This document shows positions 57,800 to 64,000 of a DNA stretch of 64,000 nt, in pieces; the first letter of the stretch is position 1; the number at the start of each line of letters is the position of its first letter. The position numbers and the translations under genes were made by a program. The notes beneath the pieces were generated by a model. That model was not told where the DNA came from, made no database searches, and worked only from the letters and a program-made list of their open reading frames with translations. Origin of the DNA: Deltaproteobacteria bacterium. GTDB lineage: Bacteria; Myxococcota_A; Polyangia; DRWM01; JAAZOP01. The stretch is taken from contig JACRCX010000097.1 in assembly GCA_016218815.1 (NCBI GenBank), positions 25,566 to 89,565 of the forward strand. Direction: 5' to 3'.

Positions 57800-60148
57800 A
57801 TGACCAAACGCATCACGTTCTGTCTGTTCCTGGCGGCGGCGCTGGCCGCGGCGTGCAGCAAGTCCAAGCCGGGCCAGCCCGCGTCGGGGGGCGCACCGGC
57901 GCTCAGCGGCGCGGCGCGGGACGGGGGTCCGGCGCCGGACGGCGCGGCGGGCTTCCCGATCGCCGGGGCGGGCCCCGCGGTTTCCGGGGCGCTCGCTCCG
58001 CTCATGGCCTCGCTGCGGGCCGAGGTGCAGCCGAAGATCGCCGGGTACATCGGCGTGGCGAGCATCGACGACCTGACGTTCTACGACATCGACCTGCAGG
58101 TCGATCCGGACGCGGGCTCGTTCCGGGCCGAGGAGAAGCTCGACTTCGCGAACCGCACCGGCGAGACCCTGACCAGCGTCGCGCTGCGGGTCTACGGCAA
58201 CCAGTTCGGCAAGGAAGGCGAGCCGGCGCCGGTGGAGTTCTCGAGCGCGACGATCGACGGCGCGCCGGCCGGGCTCGAGCACCCCGGACCGACCACCTGG
58301 GAGGTCAAGCTCCCGCGTCCCTTGGCGCCCGGGCAGCGGGTGACCATCGTCTGCTCCTTCACCGGCCAGGCGCCGAAGCAGGAGCAGGGACAGACGGGGA
58401 TGCTCCGCCAGGGCATGGACATGCTCAAGGACCTCTTCGGCATGGGCGGCGGCGGCATCGAAGGCTACGGCATCCTGAGCGTCGGCGACGGCATCCTCAG
58501 CCTGGCCGCGTGGTATCCCGTCCTCGCCCGCTGGTACCCGGACGAGAAACAGTGGGATCTTTCCGAGCCGACGGGGATCGGCGATGTGGGCACCGAGGAT
58601 CTGGCGAACTACCGGGTGCGCGTGCGTGCGCCGGGCGAGGCGGTCGTCGCGTCCAGCGGCGTGGAGGTCGCGAAGGGGACCACGCCGACCGACGTCACGT
58701 ACGGGGGGGTGGCGCTGCGGGACTTCACGGTGCTCGTTTCGCGCAGCTACCACGTGGTCTCGCGGAAGTCCGGCGAGATCAAGGTCAGCGTCTACGTCCC
58801 GCAGGGCCGCGAGCCGTTCGCCGAGAAAATCCTCGACTACGCGCTCTCGGCGATCGAGGTCTACGAGCGGCGGTTCGGGCCGTACACCCTGACCGAGCTG
58901 GACGTCGCGGCGGCGCCGCTGATCGGCGGCGCGGGAGGGGTGGAGTTCCCCGGCATCGTCACCGTCGCCACGATGCTGATGCAGGACCTGTCCGAGTCGC
59001 TCGGGGCGCTCGGATCGCTCGCCCCGGCCGGCCTCAACCGCCTGCCGATCCTCGACGAGATGGTCGAGTTCGTCGTGGTGCACGAGGTCGCGCACCAGTG
59101 GTGGAACGGCCTCATCGGGTCCGACTCGGTGCGCCATCCGTTCATCGACGAGGGCATGGCGCAGTACTCGTCGATCCTGTACTTCGAGGACCGCTACGGG
59201 TCGGAGCGGGCGACGAAGACGGGCGATCGCAACGTCAAGGTCAACTTCCTGCTCTACCGCATGCTGGGCAATCCGGACGGCGTGGTCGACCGCGGGACCG
59301 GCGACTTCTCCGGCGCGCTGGAATACGCGGCGCTGGTGTACGGCAAGGGGCCCTACTACTGGCAGGCGGTGCGCCGGGCGATCGGCGACGAGAAGTTCGG
59401 CGAGGTGCTCAAGCGCTACTACGACACGTACCGGTACAAGGTGGCGGCGTCGGACGCGTTCGCGAAGCTCGCGGGCGAGGTCGCGGGACAGCCCGACGAG
59501 ATGATGGCATTGTACCGGCGCTGGCTGCTGGAGACGCACGGCGACGAGGACCTCGGCAAGGCGAACTTCGCCCAGCTCATGCAGATGGTGCTGGGTGACG
59601 CCGAGGGCCTGGGCGGCCTGGCCGGGCTGCTCGGCGGCGGCGCGGACGGCGGGGCCGGCGCGGACGGCGGCGGCGCCAACATCGGACAGCTCATGGGCAT
59701 CCTCCAGATGCTCCAGGGCGGCGCCGGCGCCGACGGCGGCGTGGCTGCGGGGGCCGATGGCGGCGGGGGGCCCAACATCGGCCAGCTCATGGGCCTGCTC
59801 CAGATGCTCCCGGGCGGCGCCGGCGCCGACGGCGGCGCCGGACCCGGGACCCCGGGCATGGGCGACGGAGCGTGGCTGCAGCAGATGATGGGCCTCGCCC
59901 GCGGGTTCCTCGAGCCGCTGGCGGCCACCAATCCGGACGTCGCCAGGCTGCTGGAGCTGATGGACAAGATGCAGCGCGGCGAGCCGGTCGATTTCGCCGA
60001 GGCGATGGCGTTGATCCAGCGGGTCCTGGGTTCGCTTCTCGGCGGCGACGGCGCCGCGCAGCAGATCATCGGCCAAGCCCTCGGAACCGCGCTGGGTCAG
60101 CCTCCCGCGCCCGCGCCGCGCCCGAGCCCCGACGCGGGGTTGCCGTAG
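57800..60148 (+). CDS. M1 family metallopeptidase lipoprotein
   Basis: Lipobox AAAC, GGVEFP, HEVAHQWW-x-DEG, VYGKG. Confidence 0.9.
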   Translation: MTKRITFCLFLAAALAAACSKSKPGQPASGGAPALSGAARDGGPAPDGAAGFPIAGAGPAVSGALAPLMASLRAEVQPKIAGYIGVASIDDLTFYDIDLQVDPDAGSFRAEEKLDFANRTGETLTSVALRVYGNQFGKEGEPAPVEFSSATIDGAPAGLEHPGPTTWEVKLPRPLAPGQRVTIVCSFTGQAPKQEQGQTGMLRQGMDMLKDLFGMGGGGIEGYGILSVGDGILSLAAWYPVLARWYPDEKQWDLSEPTGIGDVGTEDLANYRVRVRAPGEAVVASSGVEVAKGTTPTDVTYGGVALRDFTVLVSRSYHVVSRKSGEIKVSVYVPQGREPFAEKILDYALSAIEVYERRFGPYTLTELDVAAAPLIGGAGGVEFPGIVTVATMLMQDLSESLGALGSLAPAGLNRLPILDEMVEFVVVHEVAHQWWNGLIGSDSVRHPFIDEGMAQYSSILYFEDRYGSERATKTGDRNVKVNFLLYRMLGNPDGVVDRGTGDFSGALEYAALVYGKGPYYWQAVRRAIGDEKFGEVLKRYYDTYRYKVAASDAFAKLAGEVAGQPDEMMALYRRWLLETHGDEDLGKANFAQLMQMVLGDAEGLGGLAGLLGGGADGGAGADGGGANIGQLMGILQMLQGGAGADGGVAAGADGGGGPNIGQLMGLLQMLPGGAGADGGAGPGTPGMGDGAWLQQMMGLARGFLEPLAATNPDVARLLELMDKMQRGEPVDFAEAMALIQRVLGSLLGGDGAAQQIIGQALGTALGQPPAPAPRPSPDAGLP

Positions 60149-60161
60149 GTCCGGCGCGCCG

Positions 60162-60968
60162 CTACGGCAGGTCGCGGCGGTAGCCGAGCGGGTCCTGGTA
60201 CGGGGGCGTGGGGATGAGCAGCTCGTAGCCCGAGTCCGGGCAACGGCCCCGAACGGGGATCAACCCGATGGACGCCGGATCGATGCGGAAGGCGGTCGCC
60301 TTGCGCTCGCGCGTCGCCGGCTCCCACACCCGGCCCGCGTCTTCCAGGTCGAACACCTCGAACAGGCCCGGGCCGTCCTCGATGATCTCTTCCAGGCACA
60401 GCTCGGTCGTGCCGTCGCCGTCGACGTCCGCGACCCGCGCGCGCTGGATCACGACCCGGCTTCCCGAGTCGTGGACGCCGTGGTCCCACTGGGTCACCAC
60501 GGCCACGACCCGCGCGCGGCAGCAGGCGCCGGAGTCGACCGGGCCGAGCGGCACGCCGATCGCGACCGCCTCCGTGTAGCCGTACATGCCGTCCCACTCG
60601 AACGAGCCGGTCATGAGGCCCAGCACGTAGTCCGCCCCGCCGACGCGCAGCGTGCCGGCGGTTCCCAGCCGGCAGCGCGTGGCGCCGCCCTGTGGCGCGG
60701 CCCCGAGTTGCTCGGCCGCGTAGTAGCGGCAGAGCTGGGCGTTGCCGATGCCGGTCTCCAGCCCTTCGCCGACGTACGGCAGGAATTGGGCGTAGCTGTC
60801 CATGTCCGGCCAGTCGATCTCGAAGACCTCGACCGCGAGGTCGGTGCGGGGGAGGGCGGGCGCCTCGGCGGCGTCACGACGGGTCGTCGAGCCGCAGCCG
60901 AGCACGAGGGCGAGAGGCGCCGCAAGGACGGCGGCTCGGGCACGGGAGCGGCGGGTGGTGCATTTCAC
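60162..60968 (-). CDS. Hypothetical lipoprotein (start uncertain)
   Basis: Leader ending VLGC; DVDGDG..EL motif. Confidence 0.6.
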   Translation of the reverse strand: MKCTTRRSRARAAVLAAPLALVLGCGSTTRRDAAEAPALPRTDLAVEVFEIDWPDMDSYAQFLPYVGEGLETGIGNAQLCRYYAAEQLGAAPQGGATRCRLGTAGTLRVGGADYVLGLMTGSFEWDGMYGYTEAVAIGVPLGPVDSGACCRARVVAVVTQWDHGVHDSGSRVVIQRARVADVDGDGTTELCLEEIIEDGPGLFEVFDLEDAGRVWEPATRERKATAFRIDPASIGLIPVRGRCPDSGYELLIPTPPYQDPLGYRRDLP

Positions 60969-61051
60969 GGCGCCTCCGACGCGGGCCGCGGGGCCTCGAT
61001 TCAGCGCCAGGGCTGACGGGGACATGGCGACGGAGTGCGTGGCAAGGCTGT

Positions 61052-61582
61052 TCAGGGAGCGGGCGGCTCGCAGACGCAGACTCCGCCTTCGGAGCAGGTG
61101 CCGCCGCAGGACAGGAGGCAGATCACGGGGTCGCACGAGGACTTCGTCTCGCCGCCCTCCCACCCTTCGCTGCCGCCCGCGTCGTCGCGCGCTCCCTCGC
61201 TCCATGCGCTGTCGTCTCGCATGGCGTCCTCGGTCCTGGAATCGTCGCGCCGCGCCGCGTCCTCGACCCGCACGTCTTCGGGCCCGGTGTCGGGGCGGAC
61301 GTCCGGAGCGACCTCGGCGTCGGCCTCGGGAGCAGTGTCCGGAGCGACCTCGGCGTCGGCTTCGGGACCGACGTCGGGGGCGGCGTCGGAGTCGGCGTCG
61401 GGGCCGGGGCCCGAGTCGTCCGAGGCATCGACACCCACGTCGCAGTTGCTGATCGGAACGCAGACCCCGAGGTAGCACTCGCGACACGCCGAGCACCCGC
61501 CCGGGCACGACTCGTCGCCCCGGTCGCCGCACGCGGTCACCCAGAGGCCGAACGCCAGACAAGCGATGAGGATGCGCATCAT
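61052..61582 (-). CDS. Lipoprotein with two small Cys-rich knots separated by an acidic repeat linker
   Basis: Lipobox VTAC; PEADAEVAPD repeats; terminal Cys clusters. Confidence 0.72.
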   Translation of the reverse strand: MMRILIACLAFGLWVTACGDRGDESCPGGCSACRECYLGVCVPISNCDVGVDASDDSGPGPDADSDAAPDVGPEADAEVAPDTAPEADAEVAPDVRPDTGPEDVRVEDAARRDDSRTEDAMRDDSAWSEGARDDAGGSEGWEGGETKSSCDPVICLLSCGGTCSEGGVCVCEPPAP

Positions 61583-61712
61583 GGTCGGCTCACTCTCCCG
61601 CGCCCGGCGGACGGCCGAGGCAATCACTCCACGACGCGAGCTTGTCGCGGAATCGACCGGCCGTCAAATCGGCCGGCCGCAAGGTCCGGGTGAATTGCGC
61701 GGCGTCGCGACT

Positions 61713-62109
61713 GGGAGGGGAGGACGCTGAGATCCGACTTACCGCTGAGACGCTGAGGACGCCGAGACAAACGCTGAGAAGGCAGGGGAAGGGGCGGCCA
61801 GGAGCGGGAAGGAGGGAATTGCGGTGGATGGAGGACACAGGCTCGGATTCTGTTGCCCTTGCGCGGCGAGGCGCCGCGCAAGGGACCTGCCGCGCCGCGA
61901 GGTTCGCGTGTCGGCTTGCCCTGGAACCGTCCACCGTTGTACCCGGCGGCGGAGGAGTCCGTGGCGCGGCGCCTCGCCGCGTCACGGCATTCACACCCCG
62001 GACCTCCATCAGGGATCGCTCGTGCCTGTGCTTCCCCTGCCTTCTCAGCGATTCTCTCAGCGCCCTCAGCGTCTCAGCGGTGAATCCGGTCTCCGCACCC
62101 TCCCCTCCC
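61713..62109. repeat. ~400-bp nested imperfect palindrome with 79-bp terminal inverted repeats (MITE-like or structured RNA)
   Basis: 61713-61791 is the reverse complement of 62031-62109 (about 11 mismatches by hand count); inner segments also pair. Confidence 0.8.
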
Positions 62110-62209
62110 TACATCCAGGCACTCCCCCAGGCACTCCCCCAGTTGGGGGGCTGCACTTCAGGGTCACGGCGGCCTTGACTTCGACGACCGGACCTGCGGA
62201 ATTGCCGGC

Positions 62210-63082
62210 ATGACGGAGCAATCGGGGGTGTCGGGGCGGCAGCGACCGGGCCTGTTCGCGCCGGACCTGCTGCGCGGATCGGTCGCCGTGGTCACGGGCG
62301 GCGGTTCGGGGATCGGGCTGGCCACCGCCGAGCTGCTCGGGCGGTGCGGGGCCTCGCTCGCGCTGGCCGGACGCTCGGTCGAGCGGCTGGAGGCTGCCGC
62401 GGCACGAATGGCCGGAGCGGGGATCGAGGTCTTCTTCGCGTCCTGCGACATCCGGGAGTCGGCGCAGACGGAGGAGTTCGCGAAGCTCGTGCTCGAACGG
62501 TTCGGGCGCATCGACATCCTGGTCAACAACGCCGGGGGCCAATTCCCGACGCCGGCGGAGGACCTGACGAGCAAGGGGTGGGACGCGGTCATCCGCACCA
62601 ACCTCACCGGGACCTGGAACATGACGCGGGCTGCGGCCGTGCGGGCGATGATCCCCGCGCGTTCCGGACGCATCGTCAACGTGATCGCCGACGTGGAGCG
62701 CGGATTCCCGGGGATGGTGCACACGGGCGCGGCGCGCGCGGGCGTGGAGAACATGACGCGCACGTTGGCGGTCGAATGGGCCGGCTTCGGGCTGGCCGTG
62801 AACGCCGTCGCGCCCGGGGTGATTCGGACCGCGGCGGTTTCGAAGTACGGCGAGCCGATCCTGGAGGCGAGGCGGCGGGAGATCCCGTTGCGGCGACTGG
62901 GGGCGCCGGAGGAAGTGGCGGAGGCGGTCTGTTTCCTGGCCTCGCCTGCGGCGGCCTACATCACGGGCGTGACGCTGGCGGTTGACGGCGGCGCGCGGCT
63001 GGCGGGGCATCGCTGGCCGATCGAGTTGGGGCCGGACGAACGGCCGGCCGCTGCGCCGGGGGGCGCGGAGGGGGGCGGATGA
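62210..63082 (+). CDS. SDR of the peroxisomal trans-2-enoyl-CoA reductase / AtuB-like type
   Basis: TGGGSGIG, NNAGGQF, HTGAARAGV.N.T.TLA.EW. Confidence 0.88.
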   Translation: MTEQSGVSGRQRPGLFAPDLLRGSVAVVTGGGSGIGLATAELLGRCGASLALAGRSVERLEAAAARMAGAGIEVFFASCDIRESAQTEEFAKLVLERFGRIDILVNNAGGQFPTPAEDLTSKGWDAVIRTNLTGTWNMTRAAAVRAMIPARSGRIVNVIADVERGFPGMVHTGAARAGVENMTRTLAVEWAGFGLAVNAVAPGVIRTAAVSKYGEPILEARRREIPLRRLGAPEEVAEAVCFLASPAAAYITGVTLAVDGGARLAGHRWPIELGPDERPAAAPGGAEGGG

Positions 63083-64000
63083 AGTTCTTCGGACCCGAGC
63101 ACGAGATGCTGCGCCAGGCGGTGCGGCGGTTCATCGCGCAGGAGATCGCGCCGCACGTCAATCGGTGGGAGCGCGAAGAAGCGTTCCCGCGGGAGCTGTA
63201 CCGCAAGTGGGCCGCGGCCGGGTTCCTGGGCGCCGGCTATCCCGAGGCGCTGGGCGGAACCCCCGCCGACGTCTTCCACCAGATTGCCGTCTGCGAGGAG
63301 CTGGTGGGCTGCGGCTCCTGCGGGGTGGCCGCGGGTCTGGGGATCCACGCCATCGCCCTGCCGCCGATCGTCTCCTTCGGCACGGAGGAGCAGCAGCGGC
63401 GGTTCGTCGCGCCGGTCCTGGCGGGGGAGAAGATCGCGGCGCTGGCGATCACCGAGCCGGACGCGGGCTCCGACGTCGCCGGGCTGCGCACGCGCGCGAC
63501 GCGCGAGGGAGACGACTACGTCGTGCGCGGTTCGAAGATGTTCATCACCTCCGGCACGCGCGCGGACTTCCTCACGACCGCGGTTCGCACGGGCGGCGAG
63601 GGCGCGGGCGGAATCAGCATCCTGGTCGTGGAGACGGCGCGGCCGGGGGTGTCAGTGTCCCGCAAGCTGGAGAAGCTGGGCTGGGCGGCGTCGGACACGG
63701 CGGAGATCGCGTTCGACGAGTGCCGCGTGCCGGCGGCCAACCTCATCGGCGAGGAGAACGCCGGGTTCGCGGTGCTGATGGCCAACTTCGCGACCGAGCG
63801 ACTGTTCCTCTCGGTGATGGCGCTCAAGATGGCCGACATGGCGCTGGCGGCGGCGCGGAAATACGCGGCCGAGCGTCGCGCCTTCGGCCGGCCGCTCGCC
63901 GGGTTCCAGGTGCTGCGCCACCGGATGGCGGAGATGGCGACGCGGCTGGAGGTCGCGAGGACGTACGTCTACCAGGTGGCCTCGCGGCTGCGGGACGGGG
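63079..64000 (+). CDS. Acyl-CoA dehydrogenase, partial (runs off the window end)
   Basis: Own translation MKFFGPEHEMLRQAVRRF...ALAITEPDAGSDVA...KMFITSG...KLGWAASDTAE...ERRAFGRPL; ATGA overlap with the SDR stop. Confidence 0.92.
   Translation, partial: MKFFGPEHEMLRQAVRRFIAQEIAPHVNRWEREEAFPRELYRKWAAAGFLGAGYPEALGGTPADVFHQIAVCEELVGCGSCGVAAGLGIHAIALPPIVSFGTEEQQRRFVAPVLAGEKIAALAITEPDAGSDVAGLRTRATREGDDYVVRGSKMFITSGTRADFLTTAVRTGGEGAGGISILVVETARPGVSVSRKLEKLGWAASDTAEIAFDECRVPAANLIGEENAGFAVLMANFATERLFLSVMALKMADMALAAARKYAAERRAFGRPLAGFQVLRHRMAEMATRLEVARTYVYQVASRLRDG

Noticed and set aside
61642..62213. Short ORFs across the palindromic intergenic region
   Set aside because: They are translations of repeat DNA (e.g. 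LSALSVSAV also appears at about 520) with no protein-like features

Overview
High-GC bacterial chromosome segment, very likely from a Myxococcota-related deltaproteobacterium (romX next to rluD, many Cys/Asp-rich lipoproteins). It holds about 53 CDS. Housekeeping genes include hpt, scpA-scpB-ppdK, a hutH-like lyase, pyrF-rlmB, thiS-thiG-thiE-like, a lepB-like gene, rlpA, polA and rluD. Lipid/redox genes include two acyl-CoA dehydrogenases, SDRs and a 3beta-HSD-like plus steroid 5-alpha-reductase-like pair; there is also a MoxR-VWA pair. The standout is a ~9.1 kb island (6512-15646) bounded by a 67-bp direct repeat that duplicates the 3' end of a methyltransferase gene. It has no integrase but looks like a self-contained regulon: a sensor-less sigma54 activator apparently frameshifted at a C9 tract, a sigma54 promoter with a candidate enhancer pair, a 1665-aa exported protein (unknown N-terminal domain + TSP3 + Kelch + second propeller), a partner beta-propeller lipoprotein and a small membrane protein. 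Intergenic DNA carries several short-period (7-10 bp) and REP-like repeat families. Some sit in-frame inside genes or supply start codons, and there is one ~400-bp nested palindrome. No rRNA, tRNA or CRISPR array was seen. All family calls rest on motif recognition by eye, not database searches.
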